Shown: positions 23,379-31,876 of the stretch, piece by piece
Layout of the letters: each line of letters starts with the position of its first letter
Position numbering within the stretch: position 1 is the stretch's first letter
IMG/VR virus record: IMGVR_UViG_3300045988_175547
Coordinates: 1 to 38,361 of that record
Strand: one strand, 5' to 3'
Source of the DNA: a virus
DNA length: 38,361 bases
Notes under the pieces: generated by a model
Told to the model about the DNA's origin: nothing
The model's database searches: none
The model's input: only the letters and a program-made list of their open reading frames with translations
Translations under genes and position numbers: made by a program

Positions 23379-24260
23379 CTAGGCAGAAGCAACGCCGTTG
23401 TCGATGCGCACGAAATCTGCCATGTCGCGGATAACGAAGCCAACCTCGAACTCGCAGCGGACTGCGAACATGTTGCGCTGCCACAGGTTGAGCGTCTTAG
23501 AGCCGCTGGTAAGTGTTGCCTGGTCAGAGATGGAGATATTAACGTCCTTGACCACGCCGTAACGGGCCGCGCTCCAATCGCCGCCGAAACCGAGCACCTC
23601 GGCTGCCTTGCCAGCAGCGGCCTTGTGGGCAGACTTGGTGAAGTGCGTGGGAACGGAGAGGACGTGACCGACAGCGCCGTCGGTCTGGACGTTGTTGATG
23701 AACAGCGGTCGGTTGGTGGTGTCCTTGGTCTTCAGAAGCAGGGTCTTTGCCTGCGGGGACAGGACGAAGGCGTTGAGGTCGCTGTCGTTCTCGGCGACCT
23801 TGCCGATCGCATCCACAAACGCATCGTAGGTCTTGGTGGAAGCATCGACGGCATTCGTCACGCCAGCGAGGGTATCGAAACCGGTACCGGGAGCGGTACC
23901 GAACATGCACGTCTCGTCGAACTTCTTGGCGATAGCGAACGGCAGGCGGGAGACAAGCTCGTTGTAAAGCGCCTCGGTGTTGTCGCGGAACTGGTTAGAG
24001 AACGGCTCGATGATAGCCAGGGTGTAACCCTTCATCTCCTTGGTGGCAAGGGTGTGCTGAGAGACGGGCTTGTCCTCGGTCTCGGTGACCCAATCGGCGG
24101 CAGGCTCACCGGTGATAACCGGGATGGTCAGGCCGTTGCCGGGGAGGTCGATACGCTGAGCGAGCTGCATGATTGCGGAGCTCTCAAGCGTCTTTGCCCA
24201 AATCTCGTTGGAAACGGAAGAGGGCAGGGTGATAGAAGTCTTGTTGATGCCTTCGGCCAT
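23379..24260 (-). CDS. Major capsid protein (HK97 fold)
   Basis: 293 aa. IMQLAQRIDLPGNGLTIPVITGEPAADWVTE...LAIIEPFSNQF matches HK97-family capsid patterns. It has a strong AAGGAGA RBS. Confidence 0.9.
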   Translation of the reverse strand: MAEGINKTSITLPSSVSNEIWAKTLESSAIMQLAQRIDLPGNGLTIPVITGEPAADWVTETEDKPVSQHTLATKEMKGYTLAIIEPFSNQFRDNTEALYNELVSRLPFAIAKKFDETCMFGTAPGTGFDTLAGVTNAVDASTKTYDAFVDAIGKVAENDSDLNAFVLSPQAKTLLLKTKDTTNRPLFINNVQTDGAVGHVLSVPTHFTKSAHKAAAGKAAEVLGFGGDWSAARYGVVKDVNISISDQATLTSGSKTLNLWQRNMFAVRCEFEVGFVIRDMADFVRIDNGVASA

Positions 24261-24277
24261 GGTTGTTTCTCCTTGTC

Positions 24278-24775
24278 TTAGTTAAAGGCGGTTTTCATGA
24301 AGCGCGAAAAATCGTCCTTCGCGCTACCCGTTTCCTTGATGTCGGCATGCTTGCCGTCACCGAGCACCACGGGCACGGTTGCAGTGTTTGGGGTCGAATA
24401 ACGGTCTTTAAGACCCTCGGCCTTGCTCATGAGGTCATCACGATCACTTGCGGAAATCAGGCTCAGAAGGTCGGCGGGAACGCCCGTAGCCTTAGAGGCT
24501 TCGGCTACCCATTCCGTGCGGTCCTTCTCCGCCTGGAGCGCGTCAGCACGTGCCGTCGCGTCCGCGAGCTGCTTCTGAAGCTTTTCCGACTCGCTCATTT
24601 GGGATTCCTTGAGCGCTGCCAGCTCGTCAGCCGCGCCCTTGCGCTGCTTGGCGAGCTTTTCCCACTCGCGGGAATGCTTCTTAAGCTCGTTGTACTTGGC
24701 TTCCCAATCGACGGACGGTGTAGCTTCGCCGTTCGGCTCTGCCTGTTCATCCATCTTTTTGTTGGTCTCGTCCAT
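24278..24775 (-). CDS. Scaffolding protein
   Basis: 165 aa, acidic coiled coil (KYNELKKHSREWEKLAKQRK...). It lies immediately upstream of the capsid gene. Confidence 0.7.
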   Translation of the reverse strand: MDETNKKMDEQAEPNGEATPSVDWEAKYNELKKHSREWEKLAKQRKGAADELAALKESQMSESEKLQKQLADATARADALQAEKDRTEWVAEASKATGVPADLLSLISASDRDDLMSKAEGLKDRYSTPNTATVPVVLGDGKHADIKETGSAKDDFSRFMKTAFN

Positions 24776-24850
24776 GAGTGACCTCCTTACCGCGCCGTTC
24801 GGCGCTGTCCCCCGCTGCCGTTCGGCTGCGGGATACGACGGATAGATATG

Positions 24851-24872
24851 AAAAAAGCCGCTCGAAAGCGGC
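24851..24872 (-). terminator. Hairpin + U-tract between the MuF-like and scaffold genes
   Basis: The minus strand reads GCCGCT-TTCG-AGCGGC followed by TTTTTT. Confidence 0.7.
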
Positions 24873-24877
24873 CTTAA

Positions 24878-26038
24878 TCAGCGTGTAACCCTTCGCATGG
24901 GCGTTAGTCCTGTTTCCTTATCGATGCGATTCGGGTCGATAAGAATCGCCGTCTCGCCAGGGGCGAGGGCTTCTAGCGCGTCTTTCCGCGCCTGGTCTAT
25001 ATCATCCACAAGCATTGCGTAATGGCCTGCCGTGGCGGTTCCTCCATCAACGCGGGCTTGCCGCATGGATGAAATGCTTTCGCCGACGTTTCCGCCGCCT
25101 GAGATATCGTCAACGCCCCACGAGAGGCCGTTCATGCGCACCGGCGCGCCGGGCTTGGTGGTTGTGGACGTGGCGAACCCATGCGCCGCGAGCTGCGACG
25201 TGACGGGCGAATACTCGTTGTCTTCGTAAGCGGGGGCCTGGTTATCCCAGCTCCATGCTTTCGCGCGCTTGTTAATCTCGTTGCAAATCGAGTCCGTGAT
25301 TCGCTTGTTGATAACGTCCGCGTGCTCCCCGCGCATGTCCTTGCGGATTTGCTCAGGGTCTACCGCTTTTCGCGCATCGAGGTAGACGGAATAGAGCCAA
25401 TCAGGGTCATAGCCTTCCACCTCTGTGAACTCATCGCCCGCGACAACGCGGCAATCACAGCGGTCGTGGAATCGGTTGAAACCGAACCCCATATCGCCCG
25501 CCGATTGACGGCTCTTGTAATCGAACCCGCGAGACGCGAGCATGACGCAAAAGCCGCAGGTCTCCTTGCCCGTGGGAACGCGAGCGTATCGCGCGCCCTT
25601 CGAGTAGTCGCGCTCTGCGTTTTTGATCGTCGTGTCGTTCGCCGCACGCCCAACGTCGTTATAGGCGCGCTCAGCCATAGCCTGAGCGAATGCGTTAAAG
25701 TTGTCGGGCGTGACGTTATGCACGAAATAATTGACGGTCGCTTGCGCCTTGGGAACGCTCACCGGGTTGTGGATTTGCGCCGGGCTGGTATCGATGCCCA
25801 GCTCATCCATCGTCACATCGTAGGCTGAGCACGCAATGGAAGCCGCCGCATCACCGAACTCCCTACGGCACGTGATGAACGTCTCCAACGCGAACTCGCG
25901 CATGGTCTCGTCATCGATAGCGCCGCCGTTCAGCTCGTAAAAGGTGCGCAACGACGTTTGCATGAAGTTGAACGCGGCCCTTTGCTGCGCATTGAGCGCC
26001 TGCGTATAGGCTTCGAGCCTACTTGCTGGTATCTGCAT
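24878..26038 (-). CDS. MuF / SPP1 gp7-like minor head protein with about 180-aa C-terminal extension
   Basis: The core motif ETCGFCVMLASRGFDYKSRQ...FHDRCDCRVV follows the portal gene. Residues after about aa 202 have no recognised motif. Confidence 0.8.
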   Translation of the reverse strand: MQIPASRLEAYTQALNAQQRAAFNFMQTSLRTFYELNGGAIDDETMREFALETFITCRREFGDAAASIACSAYDVTMDELGIDTSPAQIHNPVSVPKAQATVNYFVHNVTPDNFNAFAQAMAERAYNDVGRAANDTTIKNAERDYSKGARYARVPTGKETCGFCVMLASRGFDYKSRQSAGDMGFGFNRFHDRCDCRVVAGDEFTEVEGYDPDWLYSVYLDARKAVDPEQIRKDMRGEHADVINKRITDSICNEINKRAKAWSWDNQAPAYEDNEYSPVTSQLAAHGFATSTTTKPGAPVRMNGLSWGVDDISGGGNVGESISSMRQARVDGGTATAGHYAMLVDDIDQARKDALEALAPGETAILIDPNRIDKETGLTPMRRVTR

Positions 26039-27452
26039 CGCTTATACCTTCTGCCTGCGGTGTAGCCTGCTGTTGGGAAACCTGAGCAGATGCCTGCGCC
26101 GCCGCCTGCACGATTTGCGTATATCGAACGTCGCGCAGAATCGAATCGATGGTCGATTCGGAATAACCCAGGTCGCGCCAGAATTGACGGGTGCCGGAAT
26201 AGGCGGGAACAGCCGAATTGACCTTGATAGCGAAATCGGCGTTTGCGGCCTTGGACGGGCGCAGCACGTCGGCGAAACGCGGCGTGATGTCTGCCGTGGC
26301 GAAATCCGCAGCATCGACGGCACCTAGCGCCATTCGTGCGATGTTGCCGAGTGCGATGCCGTTCATGCGGTTCACGTGCTCAGCTTCGACGATTAGCCGC
26401 TGCTGAGCCGCGAACATCGCCTCGCTTGACGTTGGGTTATCGAAGACGATTCCCACCTCATCCAGCGGGATGCATGCCTCGCTCGCAAACTGCTTGCCCA
26501 ACATCTCCAAGTGGTCGATATGGGGCTGCATGGTCATCTGCGATAGCTGCCCGAGCTGCGGGACATCGCCGTTTTTATTCGGCGTGACCAAGAGCATCGA
26601 ATCGGCGTACATCTCGACCTTGCGCTTGCTCATGCTCTCGGCGGTCTTCTTGTCAACGCCTAACAGGTAGCGTTGCGGCCACGTATAGAATGTAGCGGCG
26701 ATTTCAGTTCGAGCGCCAACGCACAGCGCGCGGTCGATAAGGCTTCGCACCGTGCGGTTAATACGCGACTTGCCAAACGGGCGCGTCAAAGACGGGCGGT
26801 ATCGCAAGGGCTCCATGAGCGGGCGGCCAAACGGGTTTGCCACTTTCTCAGCAACCCAGGAATCGCCAACCTTACGGCATGAATACGTGTACTCGTCCGT
26901 GTACATGTTCACCCACGTGGGCACGCGCAGCCCGCTCGAATCAACGTCGATATCAACGACGCAGATACCGGCCTTGATTCGCTTCTTGCGCTCGTCCCAG
27001 ATAGCCGCCGCGTCGAGCGCGGAATGCGCCGACACGATCACATCCGGTTCACCTGCAAGGCCCTTAGAGACGGTCAGGAACGCGCACGAATCCGTAAGCT
27101 CAGACGTTACCGCCTGCTCGTAAATCTCGACAAGGCTGTCAAGCGTCACGATGTCTGCCATCGCGTCGGCGTTTTCGCCATCGAATCCGGCGAGAACGGA
27201 ACGGTTTGCGAGAACATCGACGCATTTACCGCCCCAGCCCATAACGATGTTTAGGTCAACCAGGTCTTTTGGCATGGATGAGTCTGTCGTAACCGGCTTT
27301 ACCTCGCCTTTGTAATAGGCTTCGTTGCGGATGTTCGAGCCTATATGGCGCTGCCATTCCGCCAAGAGGGCGTTGAATACGCTTACCTCCTCGCCCGTCA
27401 GGTTCATCATGGACGGGTCAACTTGGTAAAGCGTAGGGTTATCGTTCGTCAT
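26019..27452 (-). CDS. Portal protein (SPP1 gp6-like)
   Basis: About 477 aa in the canonical position after terL. The ATG at 27452 overlaps the terL stop (ATGA). Confidence 0.9.
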   Translation of the reverse strand: MTNDNPTLYQVDPSMMNLTGEEVSVFNALLAEWQRHIGSNIRNEAYYKGEVKPVTTDSSMPKDLVDLNIVMGWGGKCVDVLANRSVLAGFDGENADAMADIVTLDSLVEIYEQAVTSELTDSCAFLTVSKGLAGEPDVIVSAHSALDAAAIWDERKKRIKAGICVVDIDVDSSGLRVPTWVNMYTDEYTYSCRKVGDSWVAEKVANPFGRPLMEPLRYRPSLTRPFGKSRINRTVRSLIDRALCVGARTEIAATFYTWPQRYLLGVDKKTAESMSKRKVEMYADSMLLVTPNKNGDVPQLGQLSQMTMQPHIDHLEMLGKQFASEACIPLDEVGIVFDNPTSSEAMFAAQQRLIVEAEHVNRMNGIALGNIARMALGAVDAADFATADITPRFADVLRPSKAANADFAIKVNSAVPAYSGTRQFWRDLGYSESTIDSILRDVRYTQIVQAAAQASAQVSQQQATPQAEGISDADTSK

Positions 27453-28960
27453 AGAATCACACATCCCCCGTCAGGGTCGCGTTTTGTCGTTTTTGCGGCC
27501 CAGTAGGCGATAACAGCCGCTTCTATCGGTGTGGACGAATCGCCGCCGTATGCCCATCCACCGTCTGAGCCAATCGGGCGCTTGCGGGCTTCGAGCGCGC
27601 TCGCGTTAAATGCCTGCTGCGCGTTGTCTTCGCCGCCGTCCCAATGGGTCAACGTCTTATCGATGAGCGCTTGCGAGAACAGCGTCGTTGCGTTGATAAC
27701 GTCCTTGGTGGTGGTGGAAAAGAGGGCTTGGCGCGGGTAATACTCGCGCAAGCGGTCGAGCAGCGCCGCCGCGCCGTTCCGCCCATCCACTGCAATTGCT
27801 GCGGTGGTATCGGCCATATCGTCGGTACAGAGAAAATCGGTTAGCCAAGAAAGGCCGTCTGCCAAAGTGCCTTGCCCGATATGCTCAACGTATCCGTTGC
27901 CTTCCTCACTCAATCTGCAAGCGCACAGCGCGATTTGGCTACCGTCCGGCGAGAACTTCACGCCGAAGGTCTTCTTGCCGTCTGTGGGCACCTGAGCGCG
28001 CGGGATAGCCAGAGACAGCCATAGCGATTCATCGATAGCGCTTGCGCTGCTCGAACCGCTCCACCAATCCAAGCGCTCGTGCGCGAAGCCGGAGATATTT
28101 CCCTTGGCTCCCGCGAACTCGCTTTCGGTGTAACCCTCATCCAGCACGTATCCCATGGATGGGTTCGATTCGTAAATCTCATCCAGGATGTCGGCGAACG
28201 TGCAATCCTTTGGCGGTAGCTTCTCACACGCCCAGGATGCCCAGCACATGCGCCGCATGCCGCCATCCAGTACAGACTTGCGCACGCGGGCGAAAACAGT
28301 GCCCGCGCTGCGCTCGTTCGGCGGTGTCCCCATGTAAAGGATTTGGCGCTCGCCTGTGGAAGACGCAGCCAGGGTGTACGCGATAGCGTCATATTGCGTA
28401 TCGGTAAGCTCCTGAGCCTCGTCGTACACGACCAGCTGGATATCGTCGAAACCGCGCGCCGTGCCGTTGGTTCGGGCGATAAATTCGATTGAGCCGCCGT
28501 TTTTCAGGAAAATTGCCTCTTCGCCGTTCGTTCGGCGAATACGCTCAACCAGCTCGCATAGCTCTGGATGCCGCTCGTCGGTGAAGTAGCGCACGAGGCG
28601 CATGAACGACTTCTTGGCGGTCTTGACGCGGTGCGCCGTGTGGAGCACGTGCCAGCCGCACACGGCGATGCGGTAGAGCTCGTAGACCTCAAGGGCCGCG
28701 TTCTTGCCGTTCTGGCGCGGAACGTCCAGGCCACAGGTCACATAGGCTGGCTTGCCGCGCTCGTCGCACGCGCACCAATCGGTCAAGATGCCGCGCTGCC
28801 ACGGGAACGGAGAGATGCCCAAGTCCTCGCCGAGGGCGATGGCGTCCTCGGCTTCGGTGTAAGACACCTCGCCGTTCCGGTAAGCCCTACGCGGTTCCTG
28901 CCTGCCTCTGCGCACGGTTTCCCGAGACGATGGAGAGGATGCTTGCTCGCTTTGCGCCAC
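27449..28960 (-). CDS. terL: Terminase large subunit
   Basis: A Walker A-like segment (GLDVPRQNGKNAA) and a Walker B-like segment (LVVYDEAQE) are present, with a C-terminal nuclease-like region. The start is uncertain. A GTG at 28960 follows a GAGGAGG RBS; alternatives are TTG at 28993 and GTG at 28867. Confidence 0.9.
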   Translation of the reverse strand: MAQSEQASSPSSRETVRRGRQEPRRAYRNGEVSYTEAEDAIALGEDLGISPFPWQRGILTDWCACDERGKPAYVTCGLDVPRQNGKNAALEVYELYRIAVCGWHVLHTAHRVKTAKKSFMRLVRYFTDERHPELCELVERIRRTNGEEAIFLKNGGSIEFIARTNGTARGFDDIQLVVYDEAQELTDTQYDAIAYTLAASSTGERQILYMGTPPNERSAGTVFARVRKSVLDGGMRRMCWASWACEKLPPKDCTFADILDEIYESNPSMGYVLDEGYTESEFAGAKGNISGFAHERLDWWSGSSSASAIDESLWLSLAIPRAQVPTDGKKTFGVKFSPDGSQIALCACRLSEEGNGYVEHIGQGTLADGLSWLTDFLCTDDMADTTAAIAVDGRNGAAALLDRLREYYPRQALFSTTTKDVINATTLFSQALIDKTLTHWDGGEDNAQQAFNASALEARKRPIGSDGGWAYGGDSSTPIEAAVIAYWAAKTTKRDPDGGCVIL

Positions 28961-29267
28961 TCTCCACCTCCTCGTGGGTGTCGCAGATTCCAAGCTGCTT
29001 GTTCAGCTGCCGAATCTCCGCGCTTGCTGTTTTCAAAGTTCCGATTTGCGGGAACGCCTTCAAATCGCCCATGTCGTTCGAGTAGGCCGTCTGCCCGCCG
29101 AAATTGTCTAGCTCTTCCTGAGCTGTCTCAGCGATTTTGTACCATTGGCAAAGCAGGGAGAGCGCAGGCACATCGGACTGCGAAAACGCGCGCCCCTGCG
29201 TCAGCTCGTCCCATTTCGCGGATTTGAAAGCATCCGATTCGATGCCAGATGGCTTTATGATGGGCAC
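28887..29267 (-). CDS. terS: Terminase small subunit (P27-family-like)
   Basis: 126 aa, GTG start. KWDELTQ...SDVPALSLLCQWYKIAETAQEEL...LNKQLGI resembles P27-family TerS. The gene lies upstream of and overlaps terL. Confidence 0.75.
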   Translation of the reverse strand: MPIIKPSGIESDAFKSAKWDELTQGRAFSQSDVPALSLLCQWYKIAETAQEELDNFGGQTAYSNDMGDLKAFPQIGTLKTASAEIRQLNKQLGICDTHEEVESGAKRASILSIVSGNRAQRQAGTA

Positions 29268-29288
29268 GCGATCACATCCAATCGGTAA

Positions 29289-29314
29289 TAAAAAAGCCGC
29301 TACGAAGGACGGCT
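29289..29314 (-). terminator. Hairpin + U-tract between the AT-rich island and terS
   Basis: On the minus strand AGCCG pairs with CGGCT (29314..29295), followed by TTTTTTATTA. It shares the AAAAAAGCCGCT 12-mer. Confidence 0.55.
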
Positions 29315-29388
29315 GTTGGAAAGCACTCGGAATTGCACCGGGGTTTCTCCAACAAGGGGACTGCTAACTGTGCTTTTTGGCGATTTTG

Positions 29389-29748
29389 CTACTCGATGAA
29401 CTTCTCGACATAGCGGCGAACGATCGTCTCGCAGATGTCTTTTAGAAGCGGATAAGGCATGTCAACGCCCGCAGCCTTGAGAGTGTGAATGCAGATACGC
29501 CAAACATCGGGCTGCTCAATCATCCGCAGGAAATCGTCACCGCCATCCGTAAGCCCGTGAACCGAACCTCCTAGGCATATATCGCCGTTGAACTCTAGCG
29601 AACTGGAAATAAGCCCCTCGCGCTTCATGCGTTTAAGTTCATCAACCACGGTGAAGCGATCAATGAAACCAGAGAACTCATCGAACGACAGCTCATTGCT
29701 TTTGGAGATGAATGTGAGCAATGAGCGCATTGTTTCGTAATCACGCAT
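29389..29748 (-). CDS. DUF2513-like winged-helix protein
   Basis: 119 aa. The overall pattern (MRDYETMRSLLTFI..., LTDGGDDFLRMIEQPDVW...) resembles DUF2513 proteins. The coding sequence is AT-rich. Confidence 0.55.
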   Translation of the reverse strand: MRDYETMRSLLTFISKSNELSFDEFSGFIDRFTVVDELKRMKREGLISSSLEFNGDICLGGSVHGLTDGGDDFLRMIEQPDVWRICIHTLKAAGVDMPYPLLKDICETIVRRYVEKFIE

Positions 29749-29750
29749 GG

Positions 29751-30029
29751 CTAATCACCATCAAATTGCTCAATAGGGATTTCTGTAAATTTGCCATCTA
29801 GGCTCATTTTGTAATCGTGAAGCTCATCACCGATTTCATCAAGAACGGCAGCGAAATTCAATGTGCTGCCATCGTTCTTCATGACAGCACACGGCCCGTT
29901 CCCACCAATGCTCATGTCATCATATTTACTGAAAACAAATGCATTCTCATACTCAGTGCAAAAGTCGAAAAAAGCTTTATCGCTCATCTTGCTAAGCGCT
30001 ATATCTCTTGCAATGTTGATATCAACCAT
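29751..30029 (-). CDS. Small acidic protein, candidate immunity/partner of the upstream toxin-like gene
   Basis: 92 aa with an AAGGAG RBS, AT-rich. Its size, acidity and position directly 3' of the toxin-like gene suggest an immunity role. No family identified with confidence. Confidence 0.4.
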   Translation of the reverse strand: MVDINIARDIALSKMSDKAFFDFCTEYENAFVFSKYDDMSIGGNGPCAVMKNDGSTLNFAAVLDEIGDELHDYKMSLDGKFTEIPIEQFDGD

Positions 30030-30040
30030 AGAGCACTCCT

Positions 30041-30691
30041 TTAATACTTGCGTGAAGTGACAGAATCTTTCGCCCTATCAGATATCCGCAGGTTATCCGT
30101 CCTGACGATGTTCACGCTTCCCGGCTTCGCTCTTTTCTGAATCTCAGCAGCAGTATACCGCTTATTCCTTTGAGCATCTATGTATAGCGTCTTTCCATTT
30201 TGTCTTTCAAGATTAAAGACGTGCGCACCGCCGTTGCGCCACATCACCTGAAGAACGGCTCTTGAGCCATTCCCGTACTCAGCCATCTTGCTATCAACTT
30301 TAGCAATCATTTTTTGCCCAGTACCAGCTCCAACGTATTCTGTTTTTGCGTTTGAAAATGCGCGAGTCCATCGTGATTTATAAATGCCATTCTTGCGGTC
30401 AACATAAGCGATCTCACCCACCTTGTCACCTTTATATGTTGGCTGAGCGGAGACTTTATAGCCACGCCTACGCAACTCGTATGCGACAACGGCCCGTTGG
30501 CAATTTTCAGAATACTCCGAGTATGCGCGAGAATAATGCGGATTAGCATTGCGCATTGCACTAGCAATGGATTCAGGTTCTCCCTTAACACCGAGCGCTT
30601 GCTTCAACGTTTCATCGATTCTTGTTCCAAGCCCGCCAGAAAAACGGTGCGGACCATTATTCGAAAAACTAGCAACCCCTCTACCGCCCAT
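30041..30691 (-). CDS. Papain-fold toxin-like protein (Tox-PL1 / toxin glutamine deamidase-like domain)
   Basis: SENCQRAVVAYELRRRGYKVSAQP (Cys) and NGGAHVFNLERQNGKTLYIDAQ (His, Asp/Gln) match the remembered Tox-PL1 signature. The ATG at 30691 has an AAGGCAGG RBS and overlaps the end of the upstream gene. Confidence 0.65.
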   Translation of the reverse strand: MGGRGVASFSNNGPHRFSGGLGTRIDETLKQALGVKGEPESIASAMRNANPHYSRAYSEYSENCQRAVVAYELRRRGYKVSAQPTYKGDKVGEIAYVDRKNGIYKSRWTRAFSNAKTEYVGAGTGQKMIAKVDSKMAEYGNGSRAVLQVMWRNGGAHVFNLERQNGKTLYIDAQRNKRYTAAEIQKRAKPGSVNIVRTDNLRISDRAKDSVTSRKY

Positions 30692-31694
30692 GAAATCCAC
30701 CTGCCTTGTACTCGACGACCTCGCAGCCGCCGAAATCGAATCCCATGTTCTTGCCGTACAGCAGCACGCGCGACGGCTCCAGGCGCCTCATGGCCTCCCT
30801 CATGCCGTCGTGCCACACCTTCTGGGCATCCCTGTCGCGTGCCACGCCGACAGTGGACGTTGCCACGGTCGAGTGCTTGGGAATGCCATTGAAGCAGAAT
30901 CTGTAGCTGGACGGTTGCGCCCACGAAAGCGTAGGAACAACCGTGATACCGTTCTGCGCCCAGAACCAGCCCAGCGCCGCGCTGCGGTAACGGTTCCACT
31001 CCTGCATCGCGTCGGGCATGTCCATGTACAGGCTGAAATCCGGCGTGAGCACGCATTTATAAGGCTTCAACACGTCCAGGTAACGCGCAGGGCGCTGCCA
31101 AAGCCGCTCGAACTGATAATCGTCAATGAAGAAATGACAACCGAGGTCGGCTTTGTCTTCCGCCTTGGTTGTCTTCGCGTAATTGAAGCCCTGAAGCTCG
31201 CGCGGCCCCTCCACATCCACGTTAGGTAGTGGTGGAAAGCCGTCACGCCCGCAGCAATAGCGATTGATCGTATCGAGGTTATACGCGCGGTCTGTTTTCA
31301 ACCGCTCCGCGCCGTAATCGAGTTTCTTACTCTTAAAGTCAATGCCGAATCGCGTCATATCGAAGTCTTTCAGGCTCCGAACTTCCTCACGCAGCATTGA
31401 TTTGTTATACGTGGCAATATCGCCCGTTTTGTTGTCTGCGATACGAAACGCCTTGATTTGCTCAGCGCTCAAATCGTCGCAAAACTCGATTTTCGAATCC
31501 GGTATCTCCGTCCAGCCTAGCGACTTGCACGCCGCCACGCGGGTGTGTCCGAACACGATAACGGGGTTTTCCGGCGATTCCAAACCGATAGTTCCGCGCA
31601 AACCGAACTCACGAATTGACTCCGCAACCTTCGGAATCGCACGCTCATTGTGGCGCGCGTTGCGCTCATACGGGATAATCTCTGAAATGAGCAT
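30681..31694 (-). CDS. ParB-like nuclease N-terminal domain + DUF4417 protein
   Basis: The N-terminus (ISEIIPYERNARHN...IVFGHTRVAACKSLG) is ParB/Srx-like. The C-terminus (HFFIDDYQFERLW...LTPDFSLYMDMP...VVPTLSW) is DUF4417-like. The ATG at 31694 follows an AGAGGTGG RBS. Confidence 0.75.
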   Translation of the reverse strand: MLISEIIPYERNARHNERAIPKVAESIREFGLRGTIGLESPENPVIVFGHTRVAACKSLGWTEIPDSKIEFCDDLSAEQIKAFRIADNKTGDIATYNKSMLREEVRSLKDFDMTRFGIDFKSKKLDYGAERLKTDRAYNLDTINRYCCGRDGFPPLPNVDVEGPRELQGFNYAKTTKAEDKADLGCHFFIDDYQFERLWQRPARYLDVLKPYKCVLTPDFSLYMDMPDAMQEWNRYRSAALGWFWAQNGITVVPTLSWAQPSSYRFCFNGIPKHSTVATSTVGVARDRDAQKVWHDGMREAMRRLEPSRVLLYGKNMGFDFGGCEVVEYKAGGFHGR

Positions 31695-31835
31695 GCACAC
31701 CACCTCTGAGCTGCTAAAACTTCAATGGCCCGATTTTTTCCACACTTGGGGGGTATTTCGGCCCATGCGCGAAGGGGGCCGTGAACACCAGGGGGAGGGT
31801 AACCCCCACCCCGCTTTTGCACCGGGTTTTGTTAA

Positions 31836-31851
31836 CACTAGTAAACTAGTG
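31836..31851. repeat. 16-nt near-palindrome CACTAGT-AA-ACTAGTG in the HNH/ParB intergenic region
   Basis: Read directly: CACTAGT and ACTAGTG are reverse complements separated by 2 nt. Confidence 0.8.
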
Positions 31852-31876
31852 GGAATTAGGCATTATCAATGAAAGG

